Below are positions 35,900-47,897 of a stretch of 64,000 bases of DNA, piece after piece. The notes below the pieces were generated by a model, which saw only the letters and a program-made list of their open reading frames with translations, made no database searches and was not told where the DNA came from. The stretch lies in assembly GCA_036172245.1 (NCBI GenBank), contig JAYWIR010000051.1:434001-498000 (forward strand), given 5' to 3'. Position numbers and translations under genes: made by a program. The stretch comes from Raillietiella orientalis. Its lineage: Eukaryota. The stretch's first letter is position 1, and each line of letters begins with the position of its first letter.

Positions 35900-36640
35900 C
35901 ATGCATGGAACGCGAAGCAGCAATGGAGCCAACGTGACGTATAACCGGGCAACGAATTAACAGGCGTCCCGCGAGAAACGCGGTCGTGGTAAGAAACAGA
36001 GGAATGCCTTAGCAGAGGCCGTGGCGGCGCCATCCGACCACACTTGCCCGAAGGAGCATTTCCGTCCGCTCCGAGGACGGAAGCAGTTCTTCGGGTTGCA
36101 CTTCGCTTCCAACTCGGCCAACAGATATCCCAGCAAGCCCCATTCGGAGTGGGAGCCGCCAACCGACTCGGGATCCAGTCTCCCTCTCCGAACTTTGCCA
36201 CCCGTTTCTCCAGCACCGGACCGGACCGAGTTACGACGTTTCCTTCGGAGATCCCCTCGAAAAAGCACGCTCTGCGATAAAGGAGCCCGTCTCTAGGAGG
36301 AGGGACGAGCGACTGTGTTCCCTCGGGAGCAAGACTGCAAGAATTTCAGCGAGAAGTGCGTGCTCTGGATGGACCTCGTCCACAGGTCGAGTAGGCAGCA
36401 GTTCTCCACTCTTCCGAGATGTTTCTCTCTTCGGAGACAGGCAGGCAGTGGTAATCGGCTTCCAAGCTCCGATGTCGATTTTCAAGTCGGGAGGGAGGGA
36501 AGGGAGAGGGGGACCGGTTCCTGGTTTTCGGACGAGACTGGAAGCGAAGACACAGTCGAACCGGTCGACAGTTCGAAAGAAGGGTACACGAGAGGGCTTG
36601 CAGCCGCTCTATGAAAGTGTTCCAGAGATTCCCCTCAACA
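35900..36640 (-). mobile_element. Decayed LINE reverse transcriptase remnant
   Basis: Ordered degenerate RT motifs 'KIDIGAWKPIT', 'VHPEH', 'LDPESVGGSHSEWGLLGYLL' and 'RHSSVSYHDRVSRGTPV' across frameshifts. Confidence 0.55.
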
Positions 36641-37639
36641 CGTCGTCATCACCATCATCTCCTGTTTTTTCCACGGTTCATTCTTTCCAACGGGAATGGG
36701 CTCAGCAGGCAGGGTAGGAAGAAAAACAAAAAGGGTGTGTGTGTGTGTGTGAAAACTTTCGGTTTCATCCACTCCGCGCACGGAGGAAGCCATACGGATA
36801 AGCTCGTGCGCTTTCCTTTTCGTTGCTGAAGGCGCACGCGTGGAAGAGAATTGCCTCTTGGAACACCGCGTTGGACACTCCTCGGCTTAACGGAGGAACA
36901 CGGCCGCAATTTTCGTGAACACCACGGCCGGCACATGGGCAGTTGCGGCAGGGCACGGCACTTCGTGTGCATCCCTCACGGGTGCGGTTCGCGCCAAGAC
37001 GGCCGCGCGGAAAAGCTAATTTGTTTACCTGTTGTTATGGTGACGGCGCACGCGTTCCGCTGATGTCAGCAGCAATTAAAGCTAAAGGCGCGATAACTCT
37101 AATTGACGCATTTACGCACATGCGAAACCCCGGGAAAGCGCGCAACGGCAGAGGAGCGTCCAGAAATCGCAAAATTCTTCACGCGGGGGAGGGGAGGAAG
37201 GGAAGAAAGTAGGAAATGCCCGGCTCTCCCGTTTGTTCCCACACGAGTCCTCCCTCGAGTCGCTCCTCCTCCCCATTCCCGACGACAGCCAAAGCGCCAA
37301 GGAGCGAAAACTGTGAACACGTGCTTTCCGGAAGAGTCGGTCTTCCCGCTTGCACGTGTCTCCTCGGACGCCTTCCATCCCGACAGCTCGTAGAGACGCT
37401 TCCTCCCCCCCCCCCTCGATCGGCTCACCATGACGACCGCCTCGCGGACTTGTGGCGCTGAACGCTGGCGACATTTGCGTGATCTCGTAATGCGGACAAG
37501 CAGCGACCAAGGAAAACAGACAGCCAGCAGCTGATCGGGAGCGAATCTTCTTCTTTAAGAAAAAAAAATGAAAAAATAACGACAATGACAAAAATGGGAA
37601 AGGGGAGAAGATCCTGGAACCGCATTCCAGCCTTTTGGC

Positions 37640-39000
37640 ATCGGATCTTGGAAGGCGCAGCGAGGTTTCCTCCCGTCCGAAGACCTTCGCGTCGAAACCA
37701 CCGCAGCAGCTGCCTCGGCTGCCCAACGTTCCATGCCTACCCCCCCCCCCCGTCAAGGCAGGGACCCCGGTCCACCACTTCGCAGCGAAGGCAGATGCCA
37801 CCCCATCCCGGCGTAACCGCAAGGGTGCAGGCACCAGCGCAAAGGGCGAAGACGCAAAGACCTCCGGTGAGAGGGTTCGCGCCGTCCTCAACTGGTTCGG
37901 GGTTTACGACATCTCCCTCCCTCCCGGCAACTACCGCACCCGATCGCTGCGCCCGAAGTCTGCATTGACGAGGGCCGCCGCCCTTTCCTTCAGAGTCTTT
38001 CCCTTGGGGTCCCCTACCCTCTTCTTCGAATGGAGTCCGCGGCAAGGACAGCCTCTTCAGCGCGGAGCCCGGCAGGTCCAGGTCGCCTGGCAGGAAGAGC
38101 GGCTGCCGTGCAACCGGCAGGTCGGCGTCGCTGGGCAACAGGCACCGAGCGAGCGGGGCCGCGGCAACCTTCGGTCGGAGGCCGAACCGGTGGAGCCCCT
38201 TCCTCCTCGACGAGAAGGCGCGCGCGCCCCGCTTCCATCCCGGCGGGGAGCCGCGAGGGAGGAATCCGGGAGAAAACCGGGAGGATCGCCAGCTCGCGAT
38301 CCGGGTTGGTCCGCCGCCTCCGCCTCCGGCAGGAGCCTCGGAGGCCTCTCGGACTCCGGAGCTGCCGAGGGGCATTTCGGGTGATGGCGCCGGTGCGAGG
38401 AGTCGGACGGCGGAGTGGGGGAGAGGCGGAAAGTCCACCTGACGGCGCGGGGGGCAGCACTGCTTACGTTTTCTTCCGCCCGCGCGCCGTGCAAGAGAGG
38501 GGGGAGCGCAAGAGGCGCGGCAGCGGCTGCCTCCACCGCTGCACCACCGAACGCATGGGTACGGGAGAGAAGGAAGGGGTTCACTGGTGGAGGAAGGGGG
38601 AGAGAGGGTGCGCGCGCTAGGGGCGGAGCAAGGGGGCGGGGACCCTGGCAGCCATCTTGAGGAACGTGCGCACCTCCCGGCCACGTGACCGCTGCCATCT
38701 TCGGCGACGGGAGCGACACCCGCGGCGCCCGTCCGAAGGGAGCGACTGGTGGACACGATGGAAGTGGACTGGTGGACACGCGAGCGAGGAAGCCCTGCAG
38801 GGCACTGCCCTCCACCAGCGGCGCCACCAGCGCCCCTGGTGGGAATCGTGCTGAGGCGGACCTTCAGAGAAGCGCATGACAGGGAGGAAGGGAAAGGGCC
38901 AGAAGGGCGCGTCACCCCCTCCTTTGCACTTTCCCGGGCCTTCCGGAGCCCGGGAGTCCCCAGGCAGGAATCTCGGCCCCAGCACCGCCACTGCCTACTC
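37640..39000 (+). mobile_element. Decayed LINE ORF1 (gag-like) remnant
   Basis: 'VRAVLNWFG', 'GQPLQ..LPCNRQVGVAGQQA' resemble a degenerate Tx1 ORF1 zinc knuckle, followed by a low-complexity tail; 38830-38960 is homologous to the reverse complement of 39700-39835. Confidence 0.4.
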
Positions 39001-39699
39001 CCTCGGCCTAGTCGCCCGGAGGGGGCCGTCCCTTCGGGCCGGAGGATCCCCTGCTCCCTACCCTCAAACCTTTCCCTCCCCCACCATCCTTCCCCCTCCC
39101 CTGTACCTTTCCTGGTGACTGCAGCAGCTTGCGGTGCGGGCCGTCGTAGACTAGCATCCTTCCCGGCGGCTCCTCCCGCTCCGGGAAGAGCGAGGCGACT
39201 ACGGACTTCGCGGAGGGGGCGTTCACGGGGACGGGGATGGCATGTCCCGAGGGACCGAAGAAAAGAAAGGGGACCGGGGATGGTCCGCAGGCGCCGCTCC
39301 CTGACGACGATCTCTCCGGGGTCCGCTCCGATCTACCGGCGACGGAGTCGCGCGCGCAGGAGCTCCGCGAAATTTTCCGCTCGAGCGACGACGAGCCACT
39401 GCGACGGCGGCCGCGCGAGTGCTCTCGGCGGCGACGGCGGAGCGCGCGCTCTCCGGCGGGCGGAAGCGAAAGCTGCAGCGCGCGCGTTCTCGGGAGATCC
39501 ACTCGTTGTTGCGCCCCGTCCGCTCAGCTGCCTGCGGAGCAGCCGGCGTGGGAGGAGAGCGCGCGCCACGCGAGGCGGAGACGCGGGGGTGCCCCTCCCC
39601 TCCTCCTCCCCCTCTCCGCCCACCGTCCTTGGAAGAAAGGGGCTCGCAAAAAGGGCCTCCCCCTCCTCCCCCGCCCAAGGAATTTCGGTCCCGAGCAAA

Positions 39700-41350
39700 G
39701 CGGCTGGGAGCATGGCTCTCCCGGACCAGGCCGGGAAAGTCGCGAAGGAGGGGTGACGTGCCCCTCTGGCTCCTTCTCTTCCTCCCTGTCGCGCTCTCCT
39801 CCAAACGTCCGTCTCAGCGCGATCCCACCAGGGGCGCTAGAGGCGAGCGGGCCATGCGGAGGAGAGCAGCAGTCGGAGGAAGGCACCTCCCCCCTACCTT
39901 GGGGGGTGCACCCACGGGAGAGCACAGACCTACGCCAAGTCAAGGCAAGCACACTAGTGGGAACGCCCGGGACAAAGGAGGAAGGGGAACCTGAATCCGG
40001 CGTCCCCTCCCCATCGGTTTCCAAGGCGACGGCTACGAGTCCGTCGATGGGAGTCTGGGAGCCGCAGAAGTGCTGGCTCGGCCTCCAGACGCGTCGACGG
40101 GAGGTCAGGGCAGCTCCACCTCGGGGCGCTTCCATCCCCCTGCAGCTGCCAACCTCCCCACCTCCATCCCAGCCCCATCGACGGCCGGAGAAATGGAGGC
40201 CTTGGGTTAGCCGCTCCGGAAAGGCCCGCGCGCGCCACCGCCGCCGCTTCTGCCAGGACACGAGCCAGCGACTTCCGGCGTTTTTCCCTGCCCCCCTCCC
40301 CTCGCCTACCACTTTGCTCCCCGTCGCTCCGGAAACCGCCGGAGGTCCTCCACAGCCGAGGAGGGGGCTTCGGCCGGCACCTCTCATGGAACGGGCGACA
40401 ACTGGGGAGGGGAGGGGGAAACGGATGTGGCAGGGGCGTGGTGGGAGGGGGATTGGAGTGGGGATGTAGTGAGGCGGAGAGTGGGGCGCGGATCGAGGGT
40501 GTGACCAAAAAGCAGCGAAAGTGGGGAGCGAGGTGGGATGGAGCCGTAATGAGCGGAGCGAAGACGTGGGTCCCGGGCAGGAGTGACCCTTCGTCCATCC
40601 GAGCAGGGAAGATGGCGCTGCTGTCGAGGCAGCATTTTGCCGTTTCCCGGGAGACCGGAGGACGAAATTTTCGGGAGGAGTCCTCTGTTGCGACCTCTGG
40701 CCAGGGGGCACTGTAACACGGGAAGGGGTGGAGGAAGGAGATTGCGAGGGCGAATGGACAGTAATAGGGCGCGCTCCAGGTCCCAGACGAAAACAGCTCC
40801 CCCGAGGTAGGGATCGTCCCTCTCTCCACCCTCGAGGTCTCTTCGGCCTCTGGGAGGGGTCCCAGCCTCCGTGGGGGAAGGAGGGCAGAAGGAACGGAGC
40901 AGGTCACCCATCGTAGCCCCGCGACACGCTCCCAGGGCTTGTCCGTTAACTGCCGTCGTGGGGTATGGGGGAAGGAGAGCTGCTGCGAGCATGGGTGGGC
41001 GACCCTCGGGAGGATCCTTCGGCCCCGGGTCCCTGACTGCCCGCTGAACCGCGACGCGCCCCACGGCGGCGGTCGGTCGATCGCGGGGGCAACGGCAGGA
41101 GTCGCGAACGGTGCCGCGGGGGCTTGACAACCTCTGCGCCGCCCCTCGGATGGGCGGGCAGGTGGGCGCGGATCAGCGGCGCGTGACGACGACGGTGGCT
41201 GCGCCCTCTTCGGTCCTTCGGGCAGCGGCACCTCGTGTCTTCCCCGACCCGCGCCGCTCCGGAGCGTCGCAGGAGACTGGCGGAGGGGCGGATGCCCTCC
41301 TGATACGCCCATGTACCCCGGAGGGCGATCGATGCCTTCCTTCAGGAACG
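39700..41350 (-). mobile_element. Second decayed ORF1-like remnant, opposite orientation
   Basis: 'GIALRRTFGGERDREEEKEPEGHVTP' matches 'GIVLRRTFREAHDREEGKGPEGRVTP' of the + copy; weak ORF1-like motifs upstream. Confidence 0.4.
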
Positions 41351-41799
41351 CTCCCACCTGCCCACTCTCGCGCGCGCAGACTCCGGGCCGTCCCTTGCGC
41401 GGAAGACGCCTCGGGGCGACCTCAAGCAGGAGACACGGAGAGCGCGCAACTGGATCCGGCAGGGGGTCCCTACGTGGTCTTTCCAGGGAGAGGAGTCTCG
41501 CCGAGGGGCGTCGTGCGAGAGGTCAGGTCATTCGCGTCCAAAGTCAAGCTGCTCCGCGTTGCGCCCAAGGTAGCTGGGCAGGGGATATCCCTGACCCAGA
41601 GTGGGGCCCCTTAGTTTCCCTCCCCTATGCGCGAGGCACCTTCTACCGAGAAGCGAATCCACACGACGCTGCAGGAAATTGGAGGTGTGAAGGGGAGGAG
41701 GAGGGGTCGATCGACTCAAGTTCGCCTCCGCGAGGTGCATGCTGGGAGCACCGGTTACCTCCGTCTCTTATCCTTCCCGGGTAGCGGCGAAAGACGCGC

Positions 41800-42520
41800 C
41801 CGTTGTCAGGGGAACAGCGATCGGTCAAGAAGGAACTCGGGGCGAAGCCCCGGGCGCCTTGGAAACGCGCAGGAGGACTGCAGGGAGCAGACCGGCTGCC
41901 CGCAGGAAGGCGTCCCCGTCCACGAAAAAGCACCCCGGAGGCCAGCCTTTTCACCGTTCTCGTTAGGGAGGGAGGAGAGGGAGCCTCGCACGCGACCGCC
42001 TGCCCTTTTCGCCAGCAGCCTCCGCGGGCGCGAGAGTCACGCCACTGTTCCCTCCATCCCTTCTTCCAAAGCGTCCCAGCTCCAGGGGCGCCTTTCGGGA
42101 CGACCGCACTGCATGGTGGCTGTGGCTTCTCCAGGATCTCTGCCACCTGATCTCTGGGTCGCGGCCCTGCCAATCCCGAGCGCGCAAATGATGCCAGGGG
42201 CAATGACGTCCGGCAGATACTCCCTCGCCACCTTCTCGGCCTTTTGGCTAAGATCAAAGTGTAGTTGCCGCGACTGATCTTCCGCGCTCTCCCCAGCCTC
42301 TCCCCGTTCAAAAAAATCGAGGTGCTCCCCGACAGCTACCCTGCCCTAGGCGATGCATCCCTGCTCGACGGCGCTTTGCGACCCGGCGTAACCTCTGGTC
42401 GTCCACCGCTTGCGTTTGTACGCCGGCCGTACGGGCCGGAGTACACCAAACGCAAGCGTGGTGCGCCCGAGGTGTTCGCGGGCAGCCCACAGACAGGGCC
42501 TTGGGCGCGTTTCCACTCCA
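41800..42520 (-). mobile_element. Very decayed LINE RT remnant
   Basis: 'KRAQGPVCGLPA', 'NYTLILAK', 'EYLPDVIAPG..GR' appear in RT order. Confidence 0.35.
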
Positions 42521-44785
42521 GCATCTGTTGAATCGAGGTTGAGACAGCGTGGCAGGCGTGGACAGGGTTTATTTGACCCCTCCCTCCCTATGAGCTCGTC
42601 TACGTCACCCACCGTCTGCGACCGCCAGCCCGCGCGCTCACCTGCGAGCTGAAGGATCACGGAAGACACCCGTCGCCCAGCGCGACGGAATGCTCCAGGA
42701 AACGCGGGCCGCCGCTCTTTCGTGGGGCAGAGGATCGTGGGCGGATCAGGTGGATGAGAAAGATCGACAGCCCGGTAATTAGGGAGGAGGTTGGCTGTGG
42801 CTCCGGATTCTCCGCTCGCCTCCTCCCCTTCCTCCCTTCCTTTGCCTCCTCTTCCTCGCTTTTTCCTCCTTATAATCATTATAAGCGCATTGTTCTTTGA
42901 GGGAAAGAAGGAAGAATGTCGGGCGCAGTGACCGCCTATTGAGTCCTCGTGCCGAGGCCTCTCGTCGGGTAGTAGAGACGAACGGTTGCTTCTCACCCGG
43001 GTGCGCCAGGGCGTTTATTACTAAACTATCCAAGAACAAAGTTCCCGGACAAAGGGCACAGAAAAACGAAGGGAGGGCTCCCCGACACGCAGGTCGGTAA
43101 ACCGAAAGCCCGGAACGGGAGGGAGGGAACACAAATACACATATAAAAAATAGAAATAAAGATATGAGGAGGGGAGGGGACAGGGATCTTTGGCTTGGGC
43201 CGTTCCTTTCCTTCAGAACCGGCGATGGATGCCGGCGATCTCTCTCCTCACGCTCTCTGGTAGGTGGGCCCACTCGGCAGCCGACGACATGTTCGCGCTG
43301 GCTAATCCGGTGGGCTGACGAAGGATGGCCAGCTTCTCCAGCTCTCGGTGGGCCTTGTCGATGGCGCGGGTGCAACAGACCGTTGCAACGACAGCACCCG
43401 AAGACAGGCCGCCTGGCGTGAAGAAGCGGCGCATCAAGTCCATCGCGGCGTCCCCCTGGTGCAGGAGAGCTGAGGCCAGCCTCCGCCACAGTCCTAGGAG
43501 GGCACCGCAGTCCAGGAGCAGGTACGGGAGCGTTTCCACTTCCCCGCACCGCTTACAGTTCGGGGAGACAACTCCCCCGGAAACAAGGTTCGTCCGCTGG
43601 TTGGAGTGAAAACCCCAATGCACCAGCATGACAACGTCTTGTTTCCACGAAAGGGGGAACACAGAAGTGTTCAAACAGGAGGGAGGGACCACAAGTTCTT
43701 CGAGGGGCACACTCAAGTGTTCACTCCACCGAAGGAGCCCCTTCGGGATGTGGCGAGGCGTGGCGGTGTCTGCCAGCTCGCAAGTCCTCCAGCCGCCTAT
43801 GGGTCGTGTTGTTCCTGCGATGGTGCAGGCGACCTCCCACCTTGCCGCAAGGCAACTGTCGTCTGTTGCTCTGAGGGCAGACAGCGCTGTTGCAAGGGGC
43901 GTGGAGGCCAGGTTGGTCCAATTGCCCTGGTCTTGCATCAAATCCTCCAATGGAAGATAAGGGGAAAAGTGCACGCAACGATGTACGATTCCCGATGCCT
44001 TGCCCAGGACGATAATGCTTCATGCCTCCAGGTGTTAAAGTTCGTTGGGCGGTAGGAGATCCAAGTGTGGACTTCCAGGAGCCAGTAGAGCGGTGAGGGG
44101 AAACCGAAGCTTCTCGTGGCGCGCTCCGCATGCGGTGCAGCGCCTCAGGAGCAGGCGCGCGGGAGCGCACCACGGACTGGACCAAAGGTTGGCGCACAGG
44201 GCCAACATTCGAAGCTGCACCTGCAGCTCGATTCTCTCCAGCGTCAGGATGCCTAAGCCGGCATCCCGATGCAGAGCCGCCAAGTCTTTGAGGCGGATCC
44301 TGGACCTCGCAGGTCCCCACAGAGCGTTCCTCAACAGGCTGCGCGCCTGGAGCTTGGCCGAGTGGGGGGGGGCGGACAAACAAAGAGCAGGGGACGCAAG
44401 AGGGGGGCAAAGAAGGTGTTCCATATCGCGGCCCGCTCCGACAGGAGGAACCTGCCATGGTGGAACGGGCTCAGAGCACTCGTAGCCTTCCGAAGGCAGT
44501 CCGACCACACTTCCACTGGGCTGACGTTCCCCAGCGGAACGCCCACATATTGGATGGACGAAGCGGTCGGCATCCCCAGGCGGATCCCGTCGGACTGCCC
44601 CTCCCACGCCGCACCAACAGGAACGACCACACTCGTGGTCCGACTCTTTGCGCTCACACCCGCTCCCCGACTGATCAGCTCGAAGAAATCCTCGAGACTG
44701 GACGCCGGGGTGGTCATGGGTAAAAGGAGAAGCAGCTCGTCAGCATAGGTCGCCACGGACGGCGTTCCTGGACAAGAGCTCGGCA

Positions 44786-45477
44786 GGTTGGCCAGCGTCA
44801 GCCTGTACTTCGCTCCGACAGAATGCGTCCACAGCTGTTGTAATTGACGTTGTCATCTCTTTTGAAAATCATATATCATCGCTACAGCGTGCGAGGGAAA
44901 CGAAAATCCTGAAGTACGCAGAGATCGAGACCGCCATCAGGACTCAAGGCTTGAGCACCATCAACCAAGCATTTGTAATTGGTGCGCTCGGTTCATGGGA
45001 TCCCGAAAATAATAAAACTCCTAAAATTGCTAAATTACCGCGATCTCTGAGCATCTATGTACCGAAATAACAAAATCTTCCCGGGACATATACATCAACC
45101 ATATCTCCACGTCCAACCCTTCTTCGTATGCATCAGAAAACCTCGAAGGAAATCTTTGCCATGAGAATACGTGCCAAACACACGGAGAGCTATGCCCTAT
45201 ATCCCAATACAAACAGCAGTCCTCCCCCATCACAGTGTAGGTCCGCCGGCAAATGACATCCTTTGGGACGGCTCTTCCTCACTTCCAATAGCAGAAGCTA
45301 TTCAGGTGCCAACGTCCGTCTACGTGCTATTTTAATACACTAACCCTCTTTTCATGTTCCACCCTCAACAGCTGTGTATTAATTGAAACCTCTGTGAAAT
45401 TGAACTTTACAAACATATTGTAAAACTAACGTTTATATAAGGTGCAAATGTAATAAGAATGTCGTGATAAACAAAAC
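44786..45477 (+). mobile_element. 3' fragment of an RLE-type non-LTR retrotransposon (NeSL/Utopia-like)
   Basis: From 44822: 'NASTAVVIDVVISFENHISSLQRARETKILKYAEIETAIRTQG..AFVIGALGSWDPENNK', then 'SRDIYINHI' after a frameshift; AT-rich 3' UTR. Confidence 0.85.
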
Positions 45478-45685
45478 CTCAGCACCAACTCAAAGAAGGT
45501 ACTGAAGAGCAACTGTCGCCCTGCCTGATGCCCCGCTGCACCGGCACTCCGTACACGTGGCAGCCGCTGAAAGAGATGGAGATGAGCGCGTGGCGCCAGC
45601 ATGCGCGCAAATAGGCCACGAGGTGCACCGGGAGACCGAGGCGTTCCAGGAGCTCCAGAAGGAGTTCCTGGTTGACGTAGTCCAA

Positions 45686-46865
45686 CGACTTGCACTCCAT
45701 CGCAGCCGCATCAACCGTTGCAGACTCCAGCTACGGAGGGCAGCTGCCTTGACACGGAAGAATCAAGGATAGATCACCTGTCGCCCCGCGAACGGTAGTG
45801 CCTGGTTGCAGAAAACCGTTCGTACGTGGGCACAGAGCGGCATGCAACGCGCCTTCTGCAGCTCCCGAACAGGAACCGTCGTTCCTGTTCGGGAGCTGCA
45901 GAAGTTGCACGCTCGGAGAGATCCTCGAGGATTCCAAGGAGCGTGGTCAGGAAGAACCCCCCTCGCTGCTGCGCTGGCCTCCCTAGGGGAAGTTCTGGAC
46001 AGCGATGTTGAGGTGAAGTGGGAGGTTAACATAAAGATCTCCGGAAGGGAGAAGACGATGGGAACGTGGAAGACGGGCCCCTAACAGACGCTGCGACCCC
46101 GAGTACACCTCCCCATGGATTTCTGCGCTGGGGCGCGCTGCTCGATGTTCCCAATGAACATCTGAAGTGGTCCCCGGTGCTCATGAACACCTCCACCCTC
46201 CCCTTAAAATAGCAGGAATCGGCTCCCCTGATGCAGCACTGGGGACTCCCCTGCAACGCCCGCCGACACCATTGGACCTGGGGAGCGGTGAACCCCAATT
46301 GCGTTAGGTGTGGGGAACGGGATTCCATCCTTCACCTCCTTGTGGATTGTGTTGCCCTTCGGCCCCTTTGGCTACGCTTTGCCGTGGCCATCGGAATCCC
46401 CTGCGGCAACCCCAAGGACGCTTTGAAAGCCCTCTTCGTGTCCGACGCCCTCCGGTCTGCGGCCTCGTTAGCAGCCCTGTACTGCCTTCGCGGGATCGTC
46501 GCCGCTTGGAGCAAGGCTACGGGAGGACCTCGCGATAAGGGTGCCATCCAGCACGCCGCCCAATTCTTGAGGAGAGAGACGCGATGGTCCCACCTAGATC
46601 CAGAAATACAGAATGAGGTTGCCAGCATCCTGCGAAGGATGCAACGGCCCCACCAGCTACAGTGATGCCTTCCCGCACCCTTCCACGTTTAGTTTTTTTT
46701 TTGTCTCCCCTTCCCCCTGCTTCTGTGGTGGACGGTACCGGTCTGCGAACCGGTGACCCGGCAGGCTCTGTGTTCTTCGTGCGTGGCTGGAGCAATGGTC
46801 CAGCCACAGCATGTCTTTGTTGAAGTTTGTTTTTAATAAACTCCCCGTGTAAACCCGGGTGAAAA
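45686..46865 (+). mobile_element. 5'-truncated Tx1/L1-like LINE 3' fragment nested in the RT of the 42990-47550 element
   Basis: 'NPNCVRCGERDSILHLLVDC..LW' zinc knuckle, stop at 46665, AATAAA 46835-46840, short A tail; TSD TCCAA at 45681-45685 and 46866-46870. Confidence 0.88.
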
Positions 46866-47897
46866 TCCAAAGCTTTGTGGAGATCGACCGCGACCGCCAA
46901 GGCACCTGGCGCTTCCTCAGGCCGAATGCAGCGACGCCTAGCCGCGGCAGCCGCAGATGCGGTTACCTGGCTGTCGTGCGCCACGCAGCGTTGTAGCTCG
47001 AGCCACGTGCGCGCGAAGAACAGGTTCGCCTCCATGGACCGCCCGGGAACAGCGTAAGACTGCTCCGGACTTACCACGGATCCAGCGATCCTGCCTAGGC
47101 GCGCGACCCACAGCTTGGAAAACAAATTGACGTCCGAATTCACCAAGGTGATCGGACGCCAGTTGCTTAATTGGCGCATGTCTCCGCCTTTCGGCAAGAG
47201 ACGCACCCTTGCTGAGCAAAACGAGGCCGGGACATTGCCCGTCTCTCGCATCAGCGTAGAAAGCCTCAGCACCAGGGGGATGAGTTCCGCCTTGAAGCAC
47301 TGGAAGAACTCCGCAGGCAGACCATCCTCACTTGGCGCCTTGCGCTTCTTGAGGCCCGCTATGGCGGAAGACACTTCTTCCGCCGTGAAGGGCAAGTCGA
47401 GAGTGGCGCGTTCCTCCTCGTCGACCGCAGGGGCATCCGCCGGCAGAAGCAGCTCCGAGAGACTGCGTTCCGTCGGCTCCCTAGCATACAACGAGGAGTA
47501 GTAGCGCTTAAAGACACGTCGCACATCGGCCACAAATGACGGGCCGTAACGATGGAAAGGGTGCAACCCCCCTTGCCCCAGTGCTGCCCTTTCTCAGGAA
47601 CGCTAGGGACAGCAACGAGCGGGCACTGTGGGAGGTGTCCTGCCTCATCGAAGGCAGGAAATAATCTGGAAAGTAGTGCACAACTCGGTAGCTAGTGGAC
47701 GCTGAGACCCCGAGCGTCCGGCCTCAAGGACTTGCTCACTGGGCCGAGCTGCTCGCAGTACTTCCGAAGGAGGTGAAGTGGCCCCCAACGTATTGGGACA
47801 GCGGCACCCTTCCGATGAAATGGCAGGAGACGGCGCTGCTCTTTTTGCACTGAGGACTCCTAAGCAGAGCACGCCTGTCTCACTGGTCACTGGGGAG

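Larger units (their letters stand above)
42990..47550 (-). mobile_element. 5'-truncated Tx1/L1-clade non-LTR retrotransposon (RT + C-terminal zinc knuckle + 3' UTR), inactivated and carrying two nested insertions
   Basis: 47550-46866: 'KAPSEDGLPAEFF', 'NWRPITLVNSD', 'EQSYAVPGRS', 'VDLHKALD'. Resumes at 45685: 'YVNQELL..RGIRQGD'. Then 44785: 'TYADE..IQYVGVPL', 'RDAGLGIL', and 'PNCKRCGEVETLPYLLLDC' (43213-43974); AATAAA at 43014-43019. Confidence 0.92.

Noticed and set aside
45686..45904. Hairpin as a twin-priming/5'-inversion junction of the nested LINE
   Set aside because: Sequence left of the hairpin ('IDHLSPRER*CLVAENRSYVG') still aligns in sense orientation with the other copy, so the hairpin is internal.
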